This document shows, one piece after another, positions 50,551 to 60,113 of a stretch of DNA of 64,000 nt. Both the position numbers and the translations under genes were made by a program. The stretch lies in IMG/VR virus record IMGVR_UViG_3300021400_000020, positions 1 to 64,000 of that record, one strand, 5' to 3'. This DNA comes from a virus. The notes beneath the pieces are model-generated. The model did not search any database and was not told the origin of the DNA. It saw only the letters and a program-made list of their open reading frames with translations. Within the stretch, counting starts at the first letter, position 1; each line of letters opens with the position of its first letter.

Positions 50551-53500
50551 ATGAACCAGTTAGCTCTCTATATCGACTCCATCCCCGTCTGTCTGGATGA
50601 CGACCAATCAATCAAAATAGAATGGATTTCTCCTGTCTGGAACCCCGAATCTAACGGACTGTTTTCTTACAACTTCCTGCTGAGCTGCGAGGCAAACCGC
50701 GAACTCTTCGGCAATATAGATGAACTGCACGGACAGTCCATCTATGAACGACTGCACGAGAAGCCGTTCTCGCTATACGTCAAAGGACTGCCTTTCTGCA
50801 CGGGAAAGGTAGAGGTGGAAGCGGAGGTGGAGATAGAAGAGGGTCATATCCCCATCGCGCTCGTCTCCAACGGTCAGGAGCTGTCTAAACTCATAGATGG
50901 TATGAACTGCCAGGATGTACCAGTCAAGGACAAGATACCCGTGGGAACGGTGTTCGACCATCTGGAGTGCGCATTACAATACGAACTGGAAGGAGACTAC
51001 TCCGACACAAACGCATTCATACGATTCGTCACGCATGTCGAGGAAAGGAACGGACATACATATCCTATCACCTATTCGGAGATGGAAGAGGATTTCGACA
51101 TCGCCATCCCTGAAAACGTGTTTGCCATCAACCGACATTCCATGAGTGGACGGGAACAGGACTTCGAACACATGGTGTCGGACATCAACGTGTCGTTGCC
51201 ATACCCTGCCGCCAAGTTCTGCAACGTGCGAACCTGCATACAGCGAAGGGTCAAGGATGAAGAGTCGAACTCGTGGAAGTCTGTTCGACAATACGATGTG
51301 TTCGACCCCGTACTCGACGAGGAAAATGCTCTTCAGCCTACGGAAGAGGACATCGAGACAGCACGTAACTCCAGAATACCGCTCTACGGCACTTGCTTCT
51401 ATGTGCCTTATTTTTTCGACTGCCTCTTTCAGCATATCAACGTCTATGTCAAGTCGAACCGACTCACGGACATGGACGACTACAACCGACTGGCGTTCTT
51501 CACGACGCAGTGCAACTACGACAAAGGGACGGCTCGCGTGGTGTTTCGCTCTCAGGAGAGATTTGCAGACAGGTACGGACTCGAAATCAAGGAAGTGGCA
51601 AGCGCCATCCGAGAGACGCATTTACAGTACGTAGCAGTCGGCAATACGGTCTATGCCAACTCGAAGAACTTCCCGAATAAGGATGTGAAGGAGGTGATGG
51701 AATCCATACAGAACGCCTTCTGCGCACGATTCGACTATTCCAGCGATGAGCAAGCCATCGAAATGTACTACGTAAAAGACATCCTCGAAGATAACCAGCA
51801 GCACGACCTCAATATCGAGGTGAGCGAGGTGCACAAGGGCGAGAACCTGGTGCGTGGCTTCAGACTCAGGTACGGAGGTGACGACGGAGACACATCCTAC
51901 AACTACCAAGACTTCTTCAAGTCACAGCTACAGTCCTACAAGTACATATCGGCATCGGTTAACGACGACACATGCTACATTGATCCGACAACGGGCAACG
52001 CTTACCGAACCAAAATCAACGAGGAAGCAGAGGACGTGGATGAACTCTACCCTGTACTCGTCGAAGTGGGACAATACAACGCCGCAGAGGACGGAGACTG
52101 CACGGACAGCGACTACGTGGAGGAACTGACGATAGGCTTCGCGCCCGCCATCGTGAATGCAGTCGTATTCAGCGAGGACGACGACGAATCAAAGTCTTCT
52201 GGTAGGACTGCCAACAGGACTTCGAGCCAGGGGGAGAGGGAAGAGAGTCATAGCACAACGCGATATGCGGTGCTGATAGCAGAGGAAATAAACGGACTTG
52301 AGGAAAAGACAGTGCCTGTGAAATACCTCACCACCTATGGACCGAAGCGCACCATCGACGGCAGGGTTTTTTATGATACGATGACTTACCGCTGTAGCTA
52401 TACCTTCAAGGCTCGCTACTCCTACCGTGAGGCTTATCTGAAAAAACTGGATGAAGCCTACAGCGCACGCGACGGACGCTCCTACGACGCTAACGGAAAC
52501 AGAGAGCAGACATCGCAACGCACCATCAACAAATACACGACATTCTTCACGCCTTACGAGGATTCCCCTTTCCAGAACTATGACGCAGGATTCACGCTCG
52601 GCATCATGCGAGGACCTGGCAACGCGGGCGGCGTGGAAATCTTCGATACCAACTATGACGGTGAAGGAAACAGCAAATGGAATACCGTACCAAAGGACTA
52701 TGCCTTTCATATCGACACGCTCGACTACGAGGGCAGTGTTTTCGACTATAACGGTACGGAGGAATCCATCGGTGGCGAACTGGAAAACCGCTTCTCGCTC
52801 AAACTCAGGGCGGAGAAACAAACCCCTGCTGGCATCTACCATCAGCGTACCATGCACACCGTCGAAAGCCAAAGCGACGCAATCGACTTGCTCAACACGT
52901 ACTTCTCGGACGGGAATATCACGACACACACGGGCGTACACCAGACATTCTACAACGAAATGCTGCTGGCAGGATGGTCAATGTCGGAATACTCAGGACA
53001 ACGCACCTTCGCTACGCTACTGACAACAAGGGATAAGAAGAATCGCGAGAGACGACTGCTCATCACACCTATCATATCTTCTACCCTCGTACTCACACCA
53101 GCGGAATTGGAGGATTACGTGAACGAGCATATCCGCTATGCAGAGGATTTTCTCGCTGCCGACACACAAGGACTCATCATCCGCGTGGATGCAGACTTCA
53201 TCGATGCAGCCACATACATACAACTCGCCAATATCGCTTACGGCATTACTGACGTGTCGGAGGTGAGCGGACGAAGCAGGAGAGTGACGAACATCGCCAT
53301 CGCACAGAAGATAGAGTCCGACTACTACCCTGTCGAACCGACAATAGCAGCTTACCGTGGACTCATGGACAAGTTTTATTCGGCGTATTCCTACTGGATT
53401 CGACACCGAAATACGGCATTCATCACGGGACACATGGAAATAGCCGACCTTATCAACATCGATTTCAAGAAGAAATACAAAATAAACGACCTCGTGGGAC

Positions 53501-53580
53501 TCATCAACCGCATCCTCTTTTCCCTCGATAACAAAAAGGGACTCTCGGATGTGAATATCGAACTCTACTACATCTCTTAA
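50551..53580 (+). CDS. Large hypothetical protein (virion/tail-associated by context)
   Basis: 1009 aa. No motif recognised. Confidence 0.75.
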   Translation: MNQLALYIDSIPVCLDDDQSIKIEWISPVWNPESNGLFSYNFLLSCEANRELFGNIDELHGQSIYERLHEKPFSLYVKGLPFCTGKVEVEAEVEIEEGHIPIALVSNGQELSKLIDGMNCQDVPVKDKIPVGTVFDHLECALQYELEGDYSDTNAFIRFVTHVEERNGHTYPITYSEMEEDFDIAIPENVFAINRHSMSGREQDFEHMVSDINVSLPYPAAKFCNVRTCIQRRVKDEESNSWKSVRQYDVFDPVLDEENALQPTEEDIETARNSRIPLYGTCFYVPYFFDCLFQHINVYVKSNRLTDMDDYNRLAFFTTQCNYDKGTARVVFRSQERFADRYGLEIKEVASAIRETHLQYVAVGNTVYANSKNFPNKDVKEVMESIQNAFCARFDYSSDEQAIEMYYVKDILEDNQQHDLNIEVSEVHKGENLVRGFRLRYGGDDGDTSYNYQDFFKSQLQSYKYISASVNDDTCYIDPTTGNAYRTKINEEAEDVDELYPVLVEVGQYNAAEDGDCTDSDYVEELTIGFAPAIVNAVVFSEDDDESKSSGRTANRTSSQGEREESHSTTRYAVLIAEEINGLEEKTVPVKYLTTYGPKRTIDGRVFYDTMTYRCSYTFKARYSYREAYLKKLDEAYSARDGRSYDANGNREQTSQRTINKYTTFFTPYEDSPFQNYDAGFTLGIMRGPGNAGGVEIFDTNYDGEGNSKWNTVPKDYAFHIDTLDYEGSVFDYNGTEESIGGELENRFSLKLRAEKQTPAGIYHQRTMHTVESQSDAIDLLNTYFSDGNITTHTGVHQTFYNEMLLAGWSMSEYSGQRTFATLLTTRDKKNRERRLLITPIISSTLVLTPAELEDYVNEHIRYAEDFLAADTQGLIIRVDADFIDAATYIQLANIAYGITDVSEVSGRSRRVTNIAIAQKIESDYYPVEPTIAAYRGLMDKFYSAYSYWIRHRNTAFITGHMEIADLINIDFKKKYKINDLVGLINRILFSLDNKKGLSDVNIELYYIS

Positions 53581-53585
53581 TTAAC

Positions 53586-54677
53586 ATGGCATCATTCGGA
53601 CCTCTCACTCAAGGCGAAGGACTGAACTTCGCACATTCTCCCATTATCGTGCAAGTGGTGGCGGGCACATTCCCTGCTACTGCATACCTCTGCAAGGTAA
53701 AGCTCAGAGTGGCTTGCACATTCCTGCTCTATGATGAAAACGGTGACTACACGGCGGTCACTTCTGAACATCCGTTCTCTGCCGAAGCTGCATCGGGACA
53801 GTCAATTCCGTTCGATATTTCGTCGGCAATACGCTCGGCACTGGCTCCGTTCATCCCAGATGCCAACGAGATATTGCAAAGCGGTGCGTCATTCACCTAC
53901 CCATTCATCAAATACCACCTCTACGCCAAGGATGAATACATGCTGAAAAACGTGCGCTACGACTCGCCCGAAGCCATCTTTGGAGGATACGTCAACGAAC
54001 AGCCTGCCGTCAACGGAATTGGCGTGGCTGGAGGATTGTCGGCATTCGAGCGGTACAAAACCGCTCACTTCCCTTCGGAATACCCAATCAGCTTTTCTGA
54101 CCTAACTCGCAAACCTGCCAACGGAGAGGTGTATGCTGTGGGCGACATCATTACTCATGCCTATTTCGATACGCAACTCAAACGGGTGGTAGCAACAAAC
54201 GCGACCATCATCCAAGGGATGAACACGTACTTCGACGGAATGCGACGGGTATTCGGAGAGACAAACGCTGATAGACGACTCTTCGCCTTCGTGAATGCCT
54301 TCGGAGTGGTAGAGACGGTTTCTGCACTGTCAAAGGAAAGTCTTGAATGGGAATCGGAAAGTGAAGAAACAAACCTCTCACAAACCCCATCGTTTCATCC
54401 TGCTCCTGTTCGAACCATGATACAGGCGGAAGGCACGGAGTTCTACGGATGCTCGTCTGGACCTCAGACAAGGGAATGGATTGCATGGTGGGCAACGGAA
54501 TTTCTCTCGGCGAAGCACTTCTGGATGATGATGGAAGGACTATGGGTTCCTTGCACCATCAAACCAACCGATGAGAAAGTCACCATCTACGATAAGAAAA
54601 CTCAGAATCTTCAGTCGGTGGACTTCGACGTGACTCCTGCCCTGAACGGATCATCCATCACATCATTCGTCCTTTGA
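53586..54677 (+). CDS. Hypothetical protein (virion-associated by context)
   Basis: 363 aa. Confidence 0.7.
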   Translation: MASFGPLTQGEGLNFAHSPIIVQVVAGTFPATAYLCKVKLRVACTFLLYDENGDYTAVTSEHPFSAEAASGQSIPFDISSAIRSALAPFIPDANEILQSGASFTYPFIKYHLYAKDEYMLKNVRYDSPEAIFGGYVNEQPAVNGIGVAGGLSAFERYKTAHFPSEYPISFSDLTRKPANGEVYAVGDIITHAYFDTQLKRVVATNATIIQGMNTYFDGMRRVFGETNADRRLFAFVNAFGVVETVSALSKESLEWESESEETNLSQTPSFHPAPVRTMIQAEGTEFYGCSSGPQTREWIAWWATEFLSAKHFWMMMEGLWVPCTIKPTDEKVTIYDKKTQNLQSVDFDVTPALNGSSITSFVL

Positions 54678-55319
54678 CTCTTCTCGCGTATAGGCACTCT
54701 TCAGAATACGAGCACGTAAGGCTTTATTCTCCTTCTGCATCTCCTCGATTTTCTCCTCCAGCTTGCTAATCTGAACACGCAACAAGCCTATCGTGATATT
54801 TGTTTCTCCCTGCTTCTGGTAGTCCAAACTCTTATAGATGTCTTTCACGGGGGAATTCTTGTCTATCAGATACTTACTCGGATTCAAAGAGAAAGCATCG
54901 CACAAACGTAAGAATTCTCCTACCCATATATTCGAAGGCTTGTCGTCCTTCGGCGGAAACCACTGGTCGAAAGTGACTTGATTCGTTCCAAGCACTTTCC
55001 TTAGCTTGATTTTACTTGACACACCTGGACGGGAAAGCAAGTCACTCAGCAACGTCTGGATGTCAAAGGTGATGTCCGTCCACTTCCCTTTAAACACCTT
55101 GTAGTCGTTCTCTCCCTCACCATCGGGCGTGATAAATGCACTCGTCCCAATCCAGTAGCGGTTGCAGTAGTAGATAAGTGTGGAAAGACGTACTCGCTTC
55201 CTACGCTTCATCTTCTGCAACTCGTCACTGTCTTCCTCTATCAACTTTCGAACCTCCAAAAGATTCTTACTCGTCAGCAAGGGAAAGAGCTGAAGCAGTT
55301 TCTGATTGAACTTATACAT
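54663..55319 (-). CDS. Hypothetical protein, possible regulator divergent from dcm (start moved to ATG 55319)
   Basis: 218 aa with a C-terminal coiled coil. A -7 box lies 19 nt upstream. Confidence 0.55.
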   Translation of the reverse strand: MYKFNQKLLQLFPLLTSKNLLEVRKLIEEDSDELQKMKRRKRVRLSTLIYYCNRYWIGTSAFITPDGEGENDYKVFKGKWTDITFDIQTLLSDLLSRPGVSSKIKLRKVLGTNQVTFDQWFPPKDDKPSNIWVGEFLRLCDAFSLNPSKYLIDKNSPVKDIYKSLDYQKQGETNITIGLLRVQISKLEEKIEEMQKENKALRARILKSAYTREESKDE

Positions 55320-55337
55320 GTGTGTTTTATTTTTGTG

Positions 55338-55345
55338 CAAATATA
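55338..55345 (-). promoter_or_regulatory. -7 box TATATTTG (minus strand)
   Basis: caaatata on the + strand. Confidence 0.5.
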
Positions 55346-55462
55346 ATAAAAATTTTATCCTACACAAAAATTATTTTGAGGTAAAAATTTATTTGTGTGA
55401 AAATATTTTAGGCAATTCGTAATTTTTTGCATAAAAATTTTTGTTGATAAAAATTTATCTGC

Positions 55463-55470
55463 TATATTTG
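55463..55470 (+). promoter_or_regulatory. -7 box TATATTTG
   Basis: Upstream of the dcm leader, which contains two hairpin-A copies. Confidence 0.45.
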
Positions 55471-55543
55471 CAAGCGAATTTTAAAGAGATAAAATTTTTT
55501 ACAAATCCATTTTCGCACCCTCTGCGAATCTACTTTCCAAAAA

Positions 55544-55611
55544 CCACCGTTCCCGAAAGTTCTGCTTTCGGGTTCAGAAAAAACCACCGTTCCCGAAAGT
55601 TCTGCTTTCGG
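55544..55611 (+). repeat. Hairpin A x2 in the dcm 5' leader
   Basis: Copies at 55544-55572 and 55584-55611 (40-bp spacing). Confidence 0.9.
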
Positions 55612-55632
55612 TCATCAGAAAGAAAGAAATCT

Positions 55633-57303
55633 ATGAGCTCCTGTCCTTACCTATTATATATAGACCTCTTCTGTGGGGCTGGTGGAACGTCCACTGGCGT
55701 TGAACATGCAACCATCAACGGCTCTAAATGCGCCAAGGTGATTGCTTGTGTCAACCATGATGCCAATGCCATCCTCTCGCACCAGGCTAACCATCCCGAC
55801 GCCCTGCACTTCATGGAGGATATTCGCACACTGGAACTCACTCCGCTCATCGAGCACCTGCACAAGATGAAGAGCCTATACCCTGACGCACGCGTCGTAC
55901 TGTGGGCATCGCTGGAATGCACGAACTTCTCGAAGGCAAAGGGAGGACAGCCAAGGGATGCGGACAGCCGCACACTCGCTGAACACCTGTTCCGCTATAT
56001 CAAAACCATCAAACCCAACTATATCCAAATAGAGAATGTGGAGGAATTCATGTCGTGGGGAAAACTCGACGAGAACGGACACCCACTATCTCGGTTCAAC
56101 GGCGCGGATTATGTCCGATGGGTGAAGCAGGTGAACGCCTATGGCTATGAATTCGATTACCGCATCCTCAATGCCGCTGACTTTGGCGCATACACTTCAA
56201 GGAAAAGGTTCTTCGGACTCTTCGCACAAATCGGACTACCCATCGCTTTCCCTATACCTACATACGCCAAGGATGGCGACTCTGGCATGTTCCTCACCTA
56301 CAAGAAATGGAAAGCCGTCCGCGATGTGCTCGACCTCCAAGAGGAAGGGACAAGCATATTTCAACGTAAGAAGCCGCTCTGCGAGAAAACACTTCAGCGC
56401 ATCTATGCAGGACTGGTGAAGTTCGTGGCAGGTGGAAAGGACAAGCACGACGCTTGGATTCTCAAGTACAATTCCATGAACCAGTCCGCACAGCATAACG
56501 CACCCTCCATCGACGAGCCTTGTCCCACCGTGGCGGTACAGAACCGCCTCGGATTGGTCAAACTGAATTTTCTCAGTAAGCAGTTTTCAGGTGAACCGAT
56601 GAGCAAGAATCAAAGCATCGAACAGCCAGCGGGCACAGTCACGTGCGTGGATCATCACGCTCTGGTATCTGCACGTTTCATCTCTGAGTATTATGGTGGT
56701 AACGAGCATAATCATTCTCTCAACGTACCAGCTTCTACCATCACCACAAAGGACCGACACGCTTTCGTGACTGCCTATTTCGGAAATGGCTACAACAGCT
56801 CTATCGATGAACCCAACCCTACCATCACCACCAAGGAGCGACACGCCCTCGTAAGTATCGACATGGATGCTCCCATGCCAGACGTGCCTTTCGACAAGCT
56901 AAGATTAGCGTCATCTCAGTACCTAATGAATCCGTATTCGTTCCAAAGCGATGGAGGAAGCATCGAAAAGCCTTGTTTCACACTCATTGCACGGATGGAC
57001 AAGATGCCTCCTTACCTGGTCAGCACGGAACAAGGCGACCTCGCCATCGAAATCTATGAGCACGACTCACCCATGACTCGACAAATCAAGGAATTCATGG
57101 CAATGTACGGCATCATCGACATCAAAATGCGAATGCTCACAGTAATGGAACTGAAACGCATCATGGGATTCCCTTCCGACTACATCCTCATTGGTACTCA
57201 GGCGGAACAAAAGAAATTCATTGGCAACGCGGTAGAGGTGGGCATGGCACAGAAGCTGTGTGAAGCACTCTGCACGAAACTACTCAACGAGAAATGGCTG
57301 TAG
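55633..57303 (+). CDS. dcm: DNA (cytosine-5) methyltransferase (start moved to ATG 55633)
   Basis: 556 aa. Motif I DLFCGAGG, catalytic-Cys region ASLECTNFS, IENVEEF, TSRKRFFG and GNAVEV. Confidence 0.8.
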   Translation: MSSCPYLLYIDLFCGAGGTSTGVEHATINGSKCAKVIACVNHDANAILSHQANHPDALHFMEDIRTLELTPLIEHLHKMKSLYPDARVVLWASLECTNFSKAKGGQPRDADSRTLAEHLFRYIKTIKPNYIQIENVEEFMSWGKLDENGHPLSRFNGADYVRWVKQVNAYGYEFDYRILNAADFGAYTSRKRFFGLFAQIGLPIAFPIPTYAKDGDSGMFLTYKKWKAVRDVLDLQEEGTSIFQRKKPLCEKTLQRIYAGLVKFVAGGKDKHDAWILKYNSMNQSAQHNAPSIDEPCPTVAVQNRLGLVKLNFLSKQFSGEPMSKNQSIEQPAGTVTCVDHHALVSARFISEYYGGNEHNHSLNVPASTITTKDRHAFVTAYFGNGYNSSIDEPNPTITTKERHALVSIDMDAPMPDVPFDKLRLASSQYLMNPYSFQSDGGSIEKPCFTLIARMDKMPPYLVSTEQGDLAIEIYEHDSPMTRQIKEFMAMYGIIDIKMRMLTVMELKRIMGFPSDYILIGTQAEQKKFIGNAVEVGMAQKLCEALCTKLLNEKWL

Positions 57304-57512
57304 CATCAAAGAAAACAAAGAAACAACAGACGGGCGTCTGCTGCATGGACTGCAAACACGCCATCTGTATGAGGCGAGTCAAAGAAAACCCTATTATAGC
57401 GGAATGCAAAATCACCAAAGAAAGGTTTGTGGCACGATACAAAAAATGCTGTAACGAATACGAACCAAGAATCGGAGCACTCCGACTTTCTCAATGGGTC
57501 GATGCCACTTAA
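57294..57512 (+). CDS. Small Cys-rich protein
   Basis: 72 aa with eight Cys (CCMDCKHAIC...AEC...KKCC). Overlaps the dcm stop by 10 nt. Confidence 0.5.
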   Translation: MAVASKKTKKQQTGVCCMDCKHAICMRRVKENPIIAECKITKERFVARYKKCCNEYEPRIGALRLSQWVDAT

Positions 57513-57521
57513 CCCCTCCAG

Positions 57522-57661
57522 CCACCGTCCCCCGAAATTTTGTTTCGGGTTTCAAAAGCCACCGTTCTCAAAAGTTTCGCTTTCAGGTTCCCCTCTCCAC
57601 CGTCCCCGAAAGTTCTGCTTTCAGTCCTTCGTTTCTCCGTACCTCTCGGCTCAGCCGAGAG
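57522..57661 (+). repeat. Hairpin A x3 + box + hairpin C (CTCTCGG-CTCAG-CCGAGAG)
   Basis: Hairpin A at 57522-57549, 57559-57587 (degenerate) and 57597-57624. Hairpin C at 57643-57661. Confidence 0.9.
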
Positions 57662-57703
57662 CCCACTCATAAAAACCATTAACCCCATAAACCCCAAAAA
57701 CAA

Positions 57704-58225
57704 ATGGCAAACACTTACCTCAAAGAACCCTACGTTCACCCCAAAATCGAGCTGAACGAATCAGACTACAAGCGAATCCTCAGTCTGGCACGAGCAAACG
57801 CCAAGCAGATTGAGAAACGAGCGCGAGAACTATACGAGCAATACGGCGTGTTCGAAGTCCGCATCCGTGCAGAAGTCAGAAAAACAAACATCGGTTGCGA
57901 TGACCTGAAACACTCTTACGAACTGGACTGCAAGCCATCCTCTCTCTATATCTATGCCCCATCGATGGATGACAACACCGACAAGCCACTCGTCTTGCTG
58001 TCTGAGGAAGAGAGAAGAAGAATTTCAGTCTTTGCTACTAATTACGTGAGAAGCTTGTTCGATACTTGCTTTGGCGAAAACCTTGCCAGCATCAATAAGG
58101 CACATTCATACGAGCGTTCGGCTCGACGCACATGGAAAATCACCTTCCTCTTCACCATCTTAGGATGGCTCGTAGCATTCGCATTCTTCGTTTTCTTATT
58201 TCAAGTTTACTTTCATGGGAACTAA
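57704..58225 (+). CDS. Hypothetical protein with C-terminal TM segment
   Basis: 173 aa. Confidence 0.65.
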   Translation: MANTYLKEPYVHPKIELNESDYKRILSLARANAKQIEKRARELYEQYGVFEVRIRAEVRKTNIGCDDLKHSYELDCKPSSLYIYAPSMDDNTDKPLVLLSEEERRRISVFATNYVRSLFDTCFGENLASINKAHSYERSARRTWKITFLFTILGWLVAFAFFVFLFQVYFHGN

Positions 58226-58556
58226 TACTTTCGCACCTGTCTGCATGGCAGAAGAATATTGGGCAAACACTTACTTTTCCATCGCCCGACATACAGGTGA
58301 AGTTAAAATCGGCTCACATGAGTACATCATCGTGAACAAGGAAGGAAAGGACATCTACGAATGCTCCATCGAAGCGGAAAAGGCTGGGCGTGAAAAAGCC
58401 ATCGAACCAGGCGAACCCGCCGACCTCTGCCGCAAGGACTTCGTAAAATTCTACCGCGCCCTGGGACGTGAGAAATTCCTGAACGTACTCAAGGAACACC
58501 AACATGCCTCCGACAAGGAACTCATCCAAATCTACCAAAAACTCACCAAGAAATGA
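58215..58556 (+). CDS. Hypothetical protein
   Basis: 113 aa. Confidence 0.6.
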   Translation: MGTNTFAPVCMAEEYWANTYFSIARHTGEVKIGSHEYIIVNKEGKDIYECSIEAEKAGREKAIEPGEPADLCRKDFVKFYRALGREKFLNVLKEHQHASDKELIQIYQKLTKK

Positions 58557-58560
58557 CATC

Positions 58561-58962
58561 ATGAGCCGGAAACAAACGCCTTACTTCACACCCTACAACC
58601 TAAGCATCGGCGACTGGGTGATGATAAACAAGCAAAAAGAAAAAGTAAGATTCATCGACGATTACGGCAACGTAGGATTATCCGACGAGAAACCTTGTCT
58701 GATAAGCGAACTGCGCCCCATTCCACTCACCTCCGAAATCCTCATGAAGAACGGATTCAAGCACACAGGTATTGGCTTTATCATCGCTGACATCAACTTT
58801 GCCAATATCGAAGGTGGTGGACAACTGATTTGGGATGGTGGACGCATAGAGACCTTCGTCCATTTCAGCAAACACGAATTTGCTGTATGCCAATGTAAAT
58901 ACGTACACTTGCTCCAGCACTTCCTACAAGTAATCGGCATAGAAAAAGACATCGAACTTTAA
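58561..58962 (+). CDS. Hypothetical protein, paralog of the next gene (start moved to ATG 58561)
   Basis: 133 aa. C-terminus YVHLLQHFLQVIGIEKDIEL compares with YVHELQHALNLFGLSKELEL in the next gene. Confidence 0.6.
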   Translation: MSRKQTPYFTPYNLSIGDWVMINKQKEKVRFIDDYGNVGLSDEKPCLISELRPIPLTSEILMKNGFKHTGIGFIIADINFANIEGGGQLIWDGGRIETFVHFSKHEFAVCQCKYVHLLQHFLQVIGIEKDIEL

Positions 58963-58972
58963 TATCTTAATC

Positions 58973-59362
58973 ATGGAAATAACAGGCTTGACTATAGGTG
59001 ATAAGCTGCTGCTGAATGGACACCCTCACACCATTCAAGGACTGCAAATGAAGGATGGCAACTGGCTGTTCTTCTCGAAGGAACTGCAAACATGGTGCTC
59101 TGTTATGGATGCCTTCCCCATCTTCATCACACAGACATTCTTGGCTAAGAACTTCGACGAGAAAAACGGAGGATTCAAGTACGGCATATTCGAGGATTAC
59201 TTCGACCTCTCCATCGAGGAATACAACGACGGCACTTACTCCATCGAATACCACATCACGGAAATGTCACTGCCTGATACCGTCATCTCCAACGTCTGTT
59301 ATGTCCACGAACTCCAGCACGCCCTCAACCTCTTCGGACTCTCCAAGGAACTGGAACTTTAA
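58973..59362 (+). CDS. Hypothetical protein, paralog of the previous gene
   Basis: 129 aa. Confidence 0.6.
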   Translation: MEITGLTIGDKLLLNGHPHTIQGLQMKDGNWLFFSKELQTWCSVMDAFPIFITQTFLAKNFDEKNGGFKYGIFEDYFDLSIEEYNDGTYSIEYHITEMSLPDTVISNVCYVHELQHALNLFGLSKELEL

Positions 59363-59365
59363 AAG

Positions 59366-59480
59366 CCACCGTTCCTGCCACCGTTCCCAAAAGTTTCGCT
59401 TTCGGGTTCCCCTCTCCACCGTCCCTGAAACTTCTGCTTTCAGTCCTTCGTTTCTCCGTACCTCTCGGCTCAGCCGAGAG
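59366..59480 (+). repeat. Hairpin A half-copy + 2 copies + box + hairpin C
   Basis: Half-copy at 59366-59377, hairpin A at 59378-59406 and 59416-59443, and hairpin C at 59462-59480. Confidence 0.9.
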
Positions 59481-59520
59481 CTTTCTCACCAAACCCATTA
59501 ACCCCATCAACCAAAAAACT

Positions 59521-59796
59521 ATGACACCTGCAACCATCATTCTCACAGTCTTCCTGATACTGGCGGTTTTTGTTGCTGCACAGCTCGACGACAAACTTCT
59601 CAAGGAACGCCACGTCACTAAGGGACTACTCGAACAACTGGGACAAGCCAAGGCTCAGACGAAAGACCTTGAAAAACGTCTTCAAGAAGCCAACACAACC
59701 ATTCAGAAGCTCAATCACAAGCTCGAAGCTTGTGGAATCGATTACGACAGACTCCTGACCGACTACCACCGTTTGGAAAACGAAAATCTAAAATGA
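59521..59796 (+). CDS. TM + coiled-coil small protein
   Basis: 91 aa. N-terminal TM (IILTVFLILAVFVAA) followed by a coiled coil. Confidence 0.6.
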   Translation: MTPATIILTVFLILAVFVAAQLDDKLLKERHVTKGLLEQLGQAKAQTKDLEKRLQEANTTIQKLNHKLEACGIDYDRLLTDYHRLENENLK

Positions 59797-59797
59797 T

Positions 59798-60046
59798 ATG
59801 GCAAGAATCTCCAGAGTTATCAAACTAAAACTGGGACCAGACACGCACATCATCAAGAAGAATGCTGCCGACAAACAAGGTACTCAGGCTTGCCAGCAAT
59901 GCTCTTTGCGAAGCCTCTGCTTCGAAATCGGAAAGACAGAGCGAAAACGACTCTGCGACGCTATCCTCATAGAAGTTTATGACTCACCATCAGACTTCTC
60001 TCCCTACGGCGGACACTTCGAAGTCTCCAGCCATAACCCAGTCTAA
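59798..60046 (+). CDS. Hypothetical protein
   Basis: 82 aa. Confidence 0.5.
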   Translation: MARISRVIKLKLGPDTHIIKKNAADKQGTQACQQCSLRSLCFEIGKTERKRLCDAILIEVYDSPSDFSPYGGHFEVSSHNPV

Positions 60047-60066
60047 ATCCCTTTTCTCCATCCCCA

Positions 60067-60094
60067 CCACCGTCCCCGAAAGTTCCGCTTTCGG
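60067..60094 (+). repeat. Hairpin A
   Basis: ccaccgtccccgaaagttccgctttcgg. Confidence 0.9.
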
Positions 60095-60113
60095 TCAAAA
60101 CAACCCATCAACA

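Noticed and set aside
54663-57303. Complete restriction-modification system around dcm
   Set aside because: No neighbouring ORF shows nuclease motifs (PD-(D/E)xK, HNH, GIY-YIG) that I can recognise. The divergent 218-aa protein looks regulatory or coiled-coil.
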